Shown in pieces: positions 38,445 through 49,257 of a stretch of DNA of 64,000 nt. The stretch lies in assembly GCA_963788655.1 (NCBI GenBank), contig CAWBHS010000088.1, positions 96,001 through 160,000 of the forward strand, written 5' to 3'. Made by a program: the position numbers and the translations under genes. A model generated the notes under the pieces. That model saw only the letters and a program-made list of their open reading frames with translations, made no database searches and was not told the DNA's origin. The DNA is from an uncultured Verrucomicrobiae bacterium. Lineage in GTDB: Bacteria; Verrucomicrobiota; Verrucomicrobiia; Limisphaerales; JAFGQR01. Every line of letters begins with the position of its first letter. Position 1 is the first letter of the stretch.

Positions 38445-38988
38445 ACGACTCCGCCACCTCCTTCACCCAATTCCGGATGCAAGGTCTCAAGAAACTCCCG
38501 CGTGGCTACTTCACTGAATTTCGGATCACGTGCTTCAATGCAGAGAGAAGAAACGGTCCGTCGAGGCGCGCTCAAAACCAGGCACATTGAACACGGGATG
38601 ATGCGGTTGCGGCAGGCGGTTCAGCGCCAGCATGCCAATGATGGCCGCCAGCGCGGCCGCCAGAATGGTCAGTTCAAAAGTGATCGGGATGAAAGCGGGC
38701 CAGCTATTGAACGGCCGGCCGGCAATGTTGATCGGATAATCGACGGCCATCGAGTACCACTCCATGAAATACCCGCCCAGCCCGCCGCAAATGCCGCCGA
38801 TCAGCACGATGAACGGGACCGCGGTCCACTTGTGACCCAGCGCTTCCGGCCAGTCCTTCAACCGGGAACGGAGAGTAGGCGTCCATGCAGCGATAGCCTT
38901 GTTCGTAGGCCCGCTTCGCTGCCTGGACCACTTGCGTATGGTCCGCAAACTCCGCCATCAAGCCATACAATTTCGGTTGCCGGGTCAT
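38443..38988 (-). CDS. actD: Alternative complex III subunit D (DUF3341); frameshifted
   Basis: LYGLMAEF...DAYSPFPVEG; YPINIAGRP.NSWPAFIPITFELTIL; DRFFLCIEARDPKF. Confidence 0.85.
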
Positions 38989-40383
38989 GTCTCCTCCTCC
39001 TTCTTTTCGGCGACCAATTCACGGACTTCGGTAATGGAAATCATGGGCAGGAACCGAATGAACAGGAACAGTAGCGTGAGGAACAAACCGACGCTGCCAA
39101 ACAACGTCGCCCAGTCCCAAACGTCGGATAGAACATGCCCCAGCTCGAGGGCACGAAATCGCGGTGCAGGCTGGTGATCACGATGACGAACCGCTCCACC
39201 CACATGCCCACGTTAACGGACAGCGCCACGAAGAATAGCGACACCAGATTGGTGCGCACCCGCTTCGACCACAGCAGCTTGCGGGATGAGCACGTTGAAC
39301 AGCATCAGCGCCCAGAAGACCCAGCCGTACGGACCCAACGCGCGATTGGCCATCATGTATTGCTCGAAGATATCGCCGCTGTACCACGCCATGAACGCCT
39401 CCATGATGTAGCCGTAGGTGACCATCATGCCGGTAGCGAGCATCACGTTCGCCACGTTGTTCATGTGGCGCATCGTGATGACGCTTTCGAGGTGATAGAA
39501 TTTGCGGACCGGGATGACGATGTTCAGCACCATGGCGAAGCCGGAATAGATCGCCCCGGCGACAAAGTAAGGCGGGAAAATGGTGGAATGCCATCCGGGC
39601 AGCATGGCCACGGAAAAGTCGAAACTCACCACGCTATGCACCGACAACACCAGCGGCGTCGCCAGGCCGGCGAGGAGCAGATAGGCCATTTGATGGCGTT
39701 GCCAGTGCCGGGCGGAACCGCGCCACCCCAGGGCCAGCACGCCGTAGATGAGCTGCTTGCCGCGGGTCGGCGGCCCGGTCGCGCAGCGTGGCCACGTCCG
39801 GAATCAAGCCCGCATACCAGAAGATCAGCGACACGGTGAAGTAGGTGCTGACCGCGAACACATCCCACACGAGCGGACTGCGGAATTGCGGCCACAGTCC
39901 CATCGTGTCGGGATAGGGCAGAATCCAGAAGAACACCCAGGGCCGGCCCAGATGCAGCAACGGAAACATGCCGGCGCACGCCACCGCAAACAGCGTCATT
40001 GCTTCGGTGAATCGATTGATGGACGTGCGCCACTTCTGGTGCAGCAACAGGAGAATAGCCGAGATGAACGTGCCGGCATGGCCAATGCCGATCCACCAGA
40101 CGAAATTGACAATGGCAAAACCCCAGGCCACCGGAATATTGATCCCCCAGATCCCGACGCCTTTGTAGAACAGCCAGGAGATGGCCGCGAAGAAGAGCAT
40201 CAGGAGAATAAAGGCGATGCCAAACCCGACCAGCCAGCTCCGCGGATGTTTCCGGGTGAGCACAATCGAACCGATGGTGTCCGTAACCGACTCATAGGTT
40301 TCTCCTGGGCGGACCAACTCCGCGGGATAACCCAGGGGTGAAGTGGAATCAGCGGATTGGGGATTGAGATTCTTTGGCGTCAT
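38985..40383 (-). CDS. actC: Alternative complex III subunit C (NrfD family); several frameshifts
   Basis: [58 protein letters not shown]. Confidence 0.9.
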
Positions 40384-40477
40384 TTCCTTCGCTGAATGGT
40401 TAGGGGGAATACCAAACAATCCATGGGGAGCACCCCAATTCCTCGGTCGATAAGCTGGTCAAGAATGTATGCCAATC

Positions 40478-40565
40478 GTAGCCGCCGAGGTAACGAGGCT
40501 CCGACATTCCGAAATCCACCAACCGGGAAGCGGTGAGATTTGAGCCTTGTTACCTCGGCGGCTAC
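40478..40565. repeat. GTAG REPIN family D between actB and actC
   Basis: gtagccgccgaggtaacgaggctc and gagccttgttacctcggcggctac: 24-bp inverted repeat with 1 mismatch. Confidence 0.85.
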
Positions 40566-40630
40566 GGACTCATTGAGACTGGTGACCCGCGATCCCAACC
40601 ACGGACCGGACATTTGTGCAGTCGGCTTCG

Positions 40631-43600
40631 TCATGCTGAACCTCCCGCGGATTTTTCCCCTGCGGCCAATGCGGGATTAGGATTGCGCAGCTTGGCCAGA
40701 TAGGTGGTTCGCGGCCGGGTATTCAATTGGCCCAGCATGCTGTAATCCAGCGGCAGCCGTTTCAGTTTGGACACCTGGCTGTCCGGATTGTGAATGTCAC
40801 CAAACACAATGGCTTGGGCAGGACAGGCCTGCTGGCAGGCGGTCCGGATTTCGCCGTCGCGAATGGGACGGTCCTGTTCCTTGGCGGTGATGCGCGCCGC
40901 ACTGATGCGCTGGATGCAGTAGGTGCATTTCTCCATCACCCCGCGCCAACGAACCGTCACATCCGGATTGCGCATGGGTTTGAGACTGGGCGTGTGATAA
41001 TCCGCGTATTGCAGAAAATTGAACCGGCGGACTTTGTAGGGGCAGTTGTTCGAACAATAACGCGTGCCGATGCAGCGGTTATAGACCTGCAGATTCAAGC
41101 CTTCCTTGTCGTGCAAGGTGGCTCCGACGGGGCAAACCAGTTCGCAGGGAGCGTTCTCACATTGCATGCACGGCACCGGTTGATGGCTCATTTGCGGATG
41201 ATCGAGGTCGCCACTGAAATAGGTATCCAGGCGAATCCATTGCATCTCCCGGCGCACAGCGACTTGTTGCTTCCCAACGATGGGGATGTTGTTCTCCGAC
41301 TGGCAGGCCAGCACGCAGGCATTGCAGCCAATGCACGCGGTCAGGTCGATGGACATGCCCCAGTGATACCCGTCATAACGATGCTCCTCCGGGTTGAACA
41401 AAGTCTCCGTTTTGGGGTCCGGAAGTTCCGTGCTCTGCTGGATTAACTCGGGATGCTCCAGAAACGTGGCCAGGGTTGCCTCGCGGTAAATCTGGCGTTC
41501 CTCCGAGTCAATGGCATGGTGGGTTTGTGTCGTGACGAGCGGATAGTGTTTACCGGTTCGGGTCAGTTGAACTGCCGGATTCGACCAGAGCGTATCCGAC
41601 GTGCGCAAAACAAACGCATTGAATCCGGTCGCGCGGCCCGTATGCCCGACCTGGCTGCGCCCATAGCCGAGATAGACCGCGACGGTGCCCTCCGCCTGGC
41701 CGGGAGTGATCCATACCGGCAAACGCAGGGTGCGCTGACCGGTTGCCAACTCGACGATATCACCGTTCGCCAGCGAATGTTGCTGGGCGGTGGCGGGGCT
41801 GATCAAGGCGGCGTTATCCCACGTCAGTTTGGTCACGGGTTTGGCGAGCTCCTGGAGCCAGCCATTGTTCGCGAACCGGCCATCCCAGATCGTTGGGTCG
41901 GGACGGAATACCAATTCGAGTGCCGACGTGCCATCGGCGCTCGTGGATTGGCCGCGCTCACTTTGGCTCAACGCATTCGTAATTGCATTGCGGTCCAGTT
42001 GTGGCGTCTTTTTCGGCAGAGTCGTTCCCGCGATCAACCCGTCGTGCAGCGCCCGGCGCCAGCCTTTCTCAAAGTCCGGCCAGGGGTGGTGCGCGCGCCA
42101 ATACTCGCGCACGATATCGTAATCGCCTCGCACCGGTTGGCGCACGAACGCATCCAACACTTCATGCGCCGATTTGCCGGCATAAAGTGGCAGGATGAGC
42201 GGTTGAACGAGGGAAACCGTTCCATCGTAAGCGCGCGCATCGCCCCAGGATTCCAGGTAGTGATTTTGCGGAATGTGCCATTGGCAGAGGACCGACGTTT
42301 CATTAACGTCGGGGCTGAGATGAACGCGTAATTGAGCCTTCGACAGGTGCCGGTGAAATTCTAAATCCGCCGGCGCCGTGAAGACCGGATTCCCTCCCAG
42401 CATGACCAGCAGATTTACGGTGCCGCTCTTGAGGTCCGCCACCAGTTCACGTAACGAGTCGAGTTGGCTCGCCGGTCGAGGTTCAGCCGATGCCGAGTAG
42501 TGGATGGTCTTGCCGACGTTGCCGAGGATATGATTGATCGCATGCACCGCGGCGTGAACAACGGAGGGCTGATTCTCACCGGCAAGCACGATACCGTTGC
42601 CGCGATGTTGCTGCAGGTCGGCCACGAGCGCTGAAAGCCACGTCCCGTGAACCGAAAGTCCGGGATCAATCGTGGCTCCCGGCAAAGCCCCTAACTGCCG
42701 CCCGACCTCCAAGGCCAGAGCAGCAATCTCGCGGGATCCTAATGCGAGCCGATGATCGGCATTGGAGCCTGTCACGGAGGGGGTGCTCTCCACCACATAG
42801 AGGCGATTCATGTCCAATCGACCGCTGCTGACCCGGCGGCGATCGATAAAGTCGCGGGTGTAACGCAAGCCAGCGGGATGGGAAAACATGAAGTCTGAAT
42901 CCAGGGCCAGCACCACCCGAGCTCGATCGAAATGATAGTGCGCTGCAACCGGCTCCCCGAACGCCAAGCGAGTTCCTTCGTGAACATTGTCGCGATTAAT
43001 CGGTTCATACTGATGCCAGCGCGCTTCGGGAAATTGCGTCATGATTTCCTGAATCTGGGCGTGCAGGGTCGGAGAGATCACCGTTTCAGTCAGGATCCTC
43101 AAACCGGCCCCCCGGGTATTGCGTTGACTTTGCAATGCATCGTGCAGGGCGGACAGGAACGCGGCCCAACTGCTGATTTCGCCGCCGTTGAGAACGGCTT
43201 GCGAGCGGTCGGGATCATACAGGTCAAGCAACGAGGCTTGCTGGAAAACATTGGAGGCACCCAGGCTCATCGGGTGCTCGGGATTCCCTTCAATCTTGGT
43301 GGGATGTCCTTCGTGGCTTTCGACGAGCAATCCCGAGGCGAAGCCGCCCAGGGTCACGGCGGTGGCAAAAAACAACGGTTTGCCGGGGATGATGGCTTCG
43401 GGTTGTTTAATGTAGGGGACAATCTTTTCCGTCGGCTGCTTGGTGCAAGCGGTCATGCCCGCCAGCGCCAGGCTGGCGCCCATCAGTTTCAAAAAGTTGC
43501 GCCGGCTTACGCCATTCAGCCATTCGGAGGCGCGCTCCGGGAATTCGCGATGCACAAACTCAACAAACTCCCGGGTGTGCGCGATCTCCTCCAGGCTGCG

Positions 43601-43699
43601 CCAATAGCGCGGTCCCCGCTCAGAGTTCAGTCGCCCACGAAGGACCGACAAATCGAGCTCGGCTCTCGCTAATTCAGTGATTGGGTTCCGTGCTTTCAT
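40631..43699 (-). CDS. actB: Alternative complex III subunit B (molybdopterin-oxidoreductase-like plus Fe-S, Tat signal)
   Basis: YWRSLEE, SRRNFLK, CIGCNACVLAC, CMQCENAPC, CIGTRYCSNNCPY, EKCTYC. Confidence 0.93.
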   Translation of the reverse strand: MKARNPITELARAELDLSVLRGRLNSERGPRYWRSLEEIAHTREFVEFVHREFPERASEWLNGVSRRNFLKLMGASLALAGMTACTKQPTEKIVPYIKQPEAIIPGKPLFFATAVTLGGFASGLLVESHEGHPTKIEGNPEHPMSLGASNVFQQASLLDLYDPDRSQAVLNGGEISSWAAFLSALHDALQSQRNTRGAGLRILTETVISPTLHAQIQEIMTQFPEARWHQYEPINRDNVHEGTRLAFGEPVAAHYHFDRARVVLALDSDFMFSHPAGLRYTRDFIDRRRVSSGRLDMNRLYVVESTPSVTGSNADHRLALGSREIAALALEVGRQLGALPGATIDPGLSVHGTWLSALVADLQQHRGNGIVLAGENQPSVVHAAVHAINHILGNVGKTIHYSASAEPRPASQLDSLRELVADLKSGTVNLLVMLGGNPVFTAPADLEFHRHLSKAQLRVHLSPDVNETSVLCQWHIPQNHYLESWGDARAYDGTVSLVQPLILPLYAGKSAHEVLDAFVRQPVRGDYDIVREYWRAHHPWPDFEKGWRRALHDGLIAGTTLPKKTPQLDRNAITNALSQSERGQSTSADGTSALELVFRPDPTIWDGRFANNGWLQELAKPVTKLTWDNAALISPATAQQHSLANGDIVELATGQRTLRLPVWITPGQAEGTVAVYLGYGRSQVGHTGRATGFNAFVLRTSDTLWSNPAVQLTRTGKHYPLVTTQTHHAIDSEERQIYREATLATFLEHPELIQQSTELPDPKTETLFNPEEHRYDGYHWGMSIDLTACIGCNACVLACQSENNIPIVGKQQVAVRREMQWIRLDTYFSGDLDHPQMSHQPVPCMQCENAPCELVCPVGATLHDKEGLNLQVYNRCIGTRYCSNNCPYKVRRFNFLQYADYHTPSLKPMRNPDVTVRWRGVMEKCTYCIQRISAARITAKEQDRPIRDGEIRTACQQACPAQAIVFGDIHNPDSQVSKLKRLPLDYSMLGQLNTRPRTTYLAKLRNPNPALAAGEKSAGGSA

Positions 43700-44352
43700 C
43701 GGTGGCACATGCTGCAATCGGTCAGTTGGGTGGTGTTCACCTGGTATTGGTTGACGAGCGCTTCTCCCAACGCGAGCTGATTGGTTGGGGAACGCCACCC
43801 CATATTGAAGACTTCGCTTTTGGGGCGAATGAATTTCTGCGGGCTATTGTGGCAGTCCAGGCACCATTTCATGTACAGCGTATTTTGCTGCCAGGTCAGC
43901 GGCATTTGCTCCACCGGACCGTGGCACGTCGCGCACCCGATGCCTTTGCTCACGTGAATGCTGTGATTGAAGAAGACGAAGTCCGGCAGATCATGGACCC
44001 GATTCCACCGCAGGCGCTGATGGTTCGCCAGGCTTGCCCGCACGGGCGCCAGCAGCGGCGCGTCGGTCCAAAGTTGTGAATGGCAGGTCATGCACGTTTC
44101 CGTGGGCGGAATGCCGGCAAAGGCCGAGTTCTCGACCGAAGTATGGCAATAACGACAGTCAATCCCCAAACCGTACACATGATGCTTGTGACTGAACGGC
44201 ACCGGTTGCTCCCGCGGCGCGTCAACTCGAGTCGTGTAAGGCGACCAATAGACGGCGTACAAGCACCACCCCCCGGCACTGAGCAGCAGAATCCCTCCTG
44301 CAATGCTCGCCCTTGCGACGGTGTTGACACGGCGATTAAATATCTGAGGCAC
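43696..44352 (-). CDS. actA: Alternative complex III pentaheme cytochrome c
   Basis: Five CxxCH motifs (CRYCH, CMTCH, CATCH, CLDCH, CSMCH); QPVPFSHKHH. Confidence 0.93.
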   Translation of the reverse strand: MPQIFNRRVNTVARASIAGGILLLSAGGWCLYAVYWSPYTTRVDAPREQPVPFSHKHHVYGLGIDCRYCHTSVENSAFAGIPPTETCMTCHSQLWTDAPLLAPVRASLANHQRLRWNRVHDLPDFVFFNHSIHVSKGIGCATCHGPVEQMPLTWQQNTLYMKWCLDCHNSPQKFIRPKSEVFNMGWRSPTNQLALGEALVNQYQVNTTQLTDCSMCHR

Positions 44353-44790
44353 AGGTCAGAACAATTCATCCCCCGTCTCGAATCCGGGATTCAAAGTTAC
44401 GCCCCCTCCAAATAGAGTATTGTCCCATGCACAGAATCGGAAGCCTCGGAGGCAAGCCACCACGGCCCGGCCGATCGCTTCCGGTTCACCGATGCGCTGG
44501 CAGCGGATTAATCTCATCAAGGCATCGCAGGCTTCGGGTGTGCTCCGGGTTTCGTGGACTTCATTTGCGAGGTCTTGGACCGCTATTCATTACTCGAGAG
44601 AATAACATTCAACCCGGTCGTTTTCTTTCAGGCAAAAGCTGATATGAGGCGGAGTATTTCCTGAGCCGAATTGGGGAGGCTTCCAATTTTTCGCGGAACG
44701 CCTAGGAATAATGCTTAGGGGAGTGCAGTAGCGGATGCCATTGCACGCGGACCGAACTCGAGATATTAGGAAACCCAACGGAATAACACG

Positions 44791-45453
44791 ATGATGAACA
44801 TACGGGTTTTACTAGTGGATGATCATGCGATGGTGCGCGAAGGGCTGAAATCCGTGCTTGAAAAGGAGCACGACATCATGGTTGTGGGGCAGGCGGGCAC
44901 CGGTTACCAGGCCAGCGAGGCTGTGGAACTAACGGCGCCTCATGTGGTGGTAATGGACGTGACCTTGCCGGAGTTGAACGGCATTGAAGCTACCCGCCAG
45001 ATTCTCCGGACCCATGCGCAAACCAAAATTGTGGGCCTTTCGGCGAGCGCCAGTCGGGACTTCATTAACGGCATGCTGCAGGCCGGCGCCTCGGCTTATT
45101 TGTTGAAACGTTCGGCTGCCCAAGAGTTGGTGCAGGCCATACGACTGGTGGTTCAGGGCAAAACCTTTCTAAGCCCCGACATTGCCGGAAGCATTGTGGA
45201 TGAGCACGTGCGCCAGCCTGCTGCGAACGGATCGGGGGTGGCTCGTTTGGCGGGTCTTACCGCCCGCGAACGCGAGTTGCTCCAGTTGCTTTCGGAAGGC
45301 AACACCGCCAAGGAAATGGCCTATACCCTGCACGTCAGCGTAAAAACCATTGAGACGCATCGGCGCAATGTTATGCAAAAATTGCGGTTGCACAGCGTGG
45401 CCGAGTTGACCAAATACGCGGTGCGCGAAGGCGTCACCTCAGTGGATTTCTAA
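44791..45453 (+). CDS. NarL/FixJ-family response regulator
   Basis: LLVDDH, VMD, LTARERELL...SVKTIETHR LuxR-type HTH. Confidence 0.95.
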   Translation: MMNIRVLLVDDHAMVREGLKSVLEKEHDIMVVGQAGTGYQASEAVELTAPHVVVMDVTLPELNGIEATRQILRTHAQTKIVGLSASASRDFINGMLQAGASAYLLKRSAAQELVQAIRLVVQGKTFLSPDIAGSIVDEHVRQPAANGSGVARLAGLTARERELLQLLSEGNTAKEMAYTLHVSVKTIETHRRNVMQKLRLHSVAELTKYAVREGVTSVDF

Positions 45454-45462
45454 AGGCACCCT

Positions 45463-46104
45463 ATGCCCCAGATGGCCACAACTGAGGAGTGCGAACGTCA
45501 ATACCTGGCGGAAGTATTGCACGACGGGGTGGGGCAGGTGCTCTCCCTGTGCCGGATAAAGTTGGACATGCTATCTCACACCCTATCCCACATCCCCCAG
45601 GCCTCCGAATTGGCCAATATTCGGGATTTGTTGGATCAAACCATTGATGAAACGCATACCTTGGTCAGCGGAACCAGTCCGCTGGTGCTGCACGAATTCG
45701 GGTTGACCGCCGCCATTCGCGCACTGGCAAAAGTGTTTCAACAGACCTATGGACTCAGCGTGCGGATTATGGCCGACCAGCAATCCGAGGGGGACCATTT
45801 GTCGGCCGAATCCCGTAACGTGTTCTATACGGCGGTGCGTGAGCTCCTGACCAACATTCGCAAGTATTCCGGCGCGCGCCAGGCGACCGTCACCCTGAGC
45901 GAGAATGGCGCTCAGTTTGTGGTCCGGGTAAAGGACAATGGCCGGGGCTTTGATCCGGGTAGGGCGCATGTCTGTCCGACCGCCAAAGGTGGATTTGGTC
46001 TGCTGAATATCAGCCGGCGCTGTGAGCAAATCGGGGCACAGTTCAGCCTGCGATCCAGCCCCGGACGAGGAACTATAGCCACCCTCACCGCTCCGCTGGT
46101 TTGA
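45463..46104 (+). CDS. HisKA_3/HATPase histidine kinase lacking a sensor domain
   Basis: LHDGVGQ, ELLTNIRKYS, DNGRGF, GFGL, PGRGT. Confidence 0.88.
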   Translation: MPQMATTEECERQYLAEVLHDGVGQVLSLCRIKLDMLSHTLSHIPQASELANIRDLLDQTIDETHTLVSGTSPLVLHEFGLTAAIRALAKVFQQTYGLSVRIMADQQSEGDHLSAESRNVFYTAVRELLTNIRKYSGARQATVTLSENGAQFVVRVKDNGRGFDPGRAHVCPTAKGGFGLLNISRRCEQIGAQFSLRSSPGRGTIATLTAPLV

Positions 46105-46229
46105 ACCATGACCCGGAATCTGCCGAATATTGGCGAACACCCGGCTGAAACGGTAGGCACCATGCTGGGCATGGCGCTGCGCCTGGGAGCTTGGTTCGGC
46201 CGGTAACCATGCCACGCGGATTAGGATAT

Positions 46230-46670
46230 ATGAAAACGAAAGTTGTTAACGAAACACCCCATACGCTGGTCATCGTCTTTGATGCCGGCGACGAAGTAGT
46301 CGAGGGACTCATGCGCGCCGCGAACGATTTTAAACTGAGCGCAAGCCAGTTCACTGCGATTGGCGCCTTTTCCGAGGTGACGCTGGGATATTTCAACCTG
46401 GAAAAGAAAGACTACCAAAAGATCCCGGTGCAAGAACAAGTCGAAGTATTGTCGCTGATTGGCGACATTGCGTTGCGGGACGCTGAACCGGTGGTGCATG
46501 CCCACGTCGTGGTTGGCAAGTCCGATGGCTCCGCCTATGGAGGGCATCTCCTTTCAGCCCGGGTGCGGCCCACGTTGGAGGTAGTGCTCACCGAATCCCC
46601 CAAACACTTGCACCGCAAGTTGGACCCGGAACTCGGTTTGGCGTTGATCGATCTGAAGCTGCCGCCGTGA
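46230..46670 (+). CDS. PPC/DUF296 domain protein
   Basis: EVLSLIGDIA, HAHVVVG...GGHL...VRPTLE. Confidence 0.9.
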   Translation: MKTKVVNETPHTLVIVFDAGDEVVEGLMRAANDFKLSASQFTAIGAFSEVTLGYFNLEKKDYQKIPVQEQVEVLSLIGDIALRDAEPVVHAHVVVGKSDGSAYGGHLLSARVRPTLEVVLTESPKHLHRKLDPELGLALIDLKLPP

Positions 46671-46675
46671 GCCAC

Positions 46676-47029
46676 TCAGTCAGGACGTTTCCGGGCCGAC
46701 GCGCGTTGGGACGATGGAGAAGCACGCTTGGACGACTGGGCGCGACGCTGGGCGACACGTTGCTTGGGCTGGCCTGATTTGACAGTGCCAGCAGTGCGCG
46801 CACGAGATCGGGGGGAGGTCTTGGTGTGAGCCCGTTTGGCAGTCGGTTGGTTCTGGGGACGACGCTGTCCTTTGGCTGGTCCTTTTTCCACCAATGCGCC
46901 CACTGCCGCACCCGCTACTGCGCCCACTGGTCCACCGATAATACCGCCTACGACGGCGCCCACGGCGGCATTGGTGAGTTCTTCCGCCGTCGGGGTGGTG
47001 ACCTGAGATTTTCCGGTACGTTTCTTCAT
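46676..47029 (-). CDS. Small basic protein with glycine zipper
   Basis: AAVGAVVGGIIGGPVGAVAGAAVGA followed by an R/K-rich tail. Confidence 0.6.
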   Translation of the reverse strand: MKKRTGKSQVTTPTAEELTNAAVGAVVGGIIGGPVGAVAGAAVGALVEKGPAKGQRRPQNQPTAKRAHTKTSPRSRARTAGTVKSGQPKQRVAQRRAQSSKRASPSSQRASARKRPD

Positions 47030-47061
47030 GACCTTCGGTTTGAGCCCAATTTACTCAAAGT

Positions 47062-47403
47062 TCAATGCTTTTCCTGTTCGTCTCCATTGGCCGAGTTCTT
47101 CCGGGCACTGCCCTGGCCTCGCAGTTTTCTTTTGGCCCGTTCCAGCCAGCGTCTGGCCCAGGTAAATTCAATCGCCAGAATGGCCAGTCCGGCGGGGATG
47201 ACGATAAACGCCGGTCCGGGCAAAACCAGCAACGCCAATCCCACGAGCAATACCCCGCCGCCCACCACTGCAATGGCAATCCGCTTGGCTTTCTTAAAAG
47301 TCTCGCTTTCGGCGATTTCAGCAAAAAGGTGTTCTGCCGTGTGCTCCTCGGCCGGAGAAGGCGTTTTGCGTGACTCGGTGGTTGTTGATTTGCTCGATGT
47401 CAT
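47062..47403 (-). CDS. PGPGW-domain (TIGR02611-like) membrane protein
   Basis: LLVLPGPA...GLAILAIEFTWARRWL. Confidence 0.8.
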   Translation of the reverse strand: MTSSKSTTTESRKTPSPAEEHTAEHLFAEIAESETFKKAKRIAIAVVGGGVLLVGLALLVLPGPAFIVIPAGLAILAIEFTWARRWLERAKRKLRGQGSARKNSANGDEQEKH

Positions 47404-47909
47404 AAGTAATCGCCAGGACACACCTTGTACTATTGCACGCGGAGTTCAAGCGGGTATCCCGTGGTTTAAACTGGGGAACGGGAATTGCCATCAAGCTGCA
47501 AGTTTCCCCGAGGGTGCGGAGCGAGTCGAACATCTCTCATTGTCTGATTGCCGAGAGTAAAAATGGAATTAAGGTTTGCCACAAATGCCTCTTGAGGCGG
47601 CCAGGGTCCAGCGTGGCATGCAATTAAGCCCGTAACAGCCATTTTCGCTTCACTGGCGGCGGGCACGGGACAATGTCGGTTTCGTATGCATTCCGCTGAT
47701 TGCGATCGAGGTTAAGAATCGCGTGTTCAACTGGTCCAGTTGGCGCAATTGGGCGCATGCTTTGTATTGGCGCCGTGCGCCAAGAGTAACTGCTACCCGG
47801 GAGGCTGCGCCGGCCCCTTTAATTTGCTCGACGAAAGCAGCCGCCCAGTTTATCCTTTCAGACTACATGATTAGAGTGGTGGATTGATCCAACCACGAGG
47901 GCTTTTAGA

Positions 47910-49133
47910 ATGAAGATATTGGCATTGTGTCTAATTTGCGCAACGGTGCCGGTTGCTTGCGGGAGCGGTCCAGTATTTCCCACGGAAGCACCTGCTGGAT
48001 CAAATTCTGCCGCGCGCGTGATTGGCTGGGGTGAAAACGCTGAAGGTCAAATCAATATTCCTGCAAGTGCAACAAGTGTTGTCGCTATCGCTGTTGGCGC
48101 CTACCACAGTCTCGCACTTAGATCTGACGGTATCGTTTTAGCTTGGGGGGCAAACAACGCTGGGCAAATCGACGTGCCAGCCGGGCTCAGCAATGTGATT
48201 TCCATTGATGCCGGGGAATACTACAGTCTGGCTTTGCGTCAAGATGGGACTGTAATTGGGTGGGGAGCCCCCGAAACCGGTCCGTATCCTCCTCCAACCA
48301 GCCTTTCAAACTTAATAAGCGTTGCGGTTGGCCACTCTTTCAACATCGGTCTTCTCTCTGGCGGTGCTGTTGCGGCCTGGGGACCGTGGCCGAGCTACGT
48401 GATTATTGGTTCGAGCGACAATGTCGCAATTGGCAAAGACGGTTTACTGCTGAAATCCAACGGCACTTTGTTCTCCTGGAATCCGCTTGAAAATACCGAA
48501 ACTCAAATCTATCCGGGAATTTCAGACTTTGTCCTCCTTGCGTCCGGAGGCAGCTTTCAATTTCCGCCACCAATGGCTCCAAACAACGAACAGCTTCAGT
48601 TGGCCCCGGTTGCCCCGAGCTACATTCGTGGTCTGGTTCTGCGCCACAATGGTGAGGTCCTTGCTCTTGGTGACAATACATTTGGCCAAGGAAGTATACC
48701 GGAAACTCTGACAGATGCTATTTCCCTAAGCGCCAGCACAGTTTCAAGTATCGCGTTACGCAAAGACGGTTCCCTTGTCGGTTGGGGCATGTTGACCAAC
48801 CCAGCCGTCGGATTGTCAAATTTAGTTCCACCCGGATTATCCAACGTCGTTCGTGTAGCCATAGGTACTCGTCACAGCCTTGCTATAATTGATACCTTAC
48901 CGCCGTCCACTACAGTTCACATTGAACAGTCTTTCAGCGATTTCGATCGGACTTTTTTCAGTTTCTCTACCCGCACAATTTGTGGAAGAGTTTACCTTCC
49001 TGAGAGGATGGGCGCATTATTTCATGACGCTTGGATACCGATGACGCTCTTTCCAGGGAATGGTCTCACTTTGAGTTTCACGAACTTGCAACTTGATTCA
49101 TCGCAGCAATTCTATCGTGTCCGGCATTTTTGA
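47910..49133 (+). CDS. Secreted RCC1/BLIP-II repeat protein
   Basis: Repeats of AIAVGAYHSLALRSDG.V.AWG.N..GQ; C-terminal QQFYRV; AT-richer than the flanks. Confidence 0.88.
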   Translation: MKILALCLICATVPVACGSGPVFPTEAPAGSNSAARVIGWGENAEGQINIPASATSVVAIAVGAYHSLALRSDGIVLAWGANNAGQIDVPAGLSNVISIDAGEYYSLALRQDGTVIGWGAPETGPYPPPTSLSNLISVAVGHSFNIGLLSGGAVAAWGPWPSYVIIGSSDNVAIGKDGLLLKSNGTLFSWNPLENTETQIYPGISDFVLLASGGSFQFPPPMAPNNEQLQLAPVAPSYIRGLVLRHNGEVLALGDNTFGQGSIPETLTDAISLSASTVSSIALRKDGSLVGWGMLTNPAVGLSNLVPPGLSNVVRVAIGTRHSLAIIDTLPPSTTVHIEQSFSDFDRTFFSFSTRTICGRVYLPERMGALFHDAWIPMTLFPGNGLTLSFTNLQLDSSQQFYRVRHF

Positions 49134-49257
49134 CTCTCTTCCATTTGAATGGACAGTCGTTCACGTTTCTCATTCCTTGTGCGCTTCGCCCCGGATGAGA
49201 TTACGACCGCGTCGTCAAAGCAGCCTGTCAGGATCATTCGTGGGAGGACACCAACAG

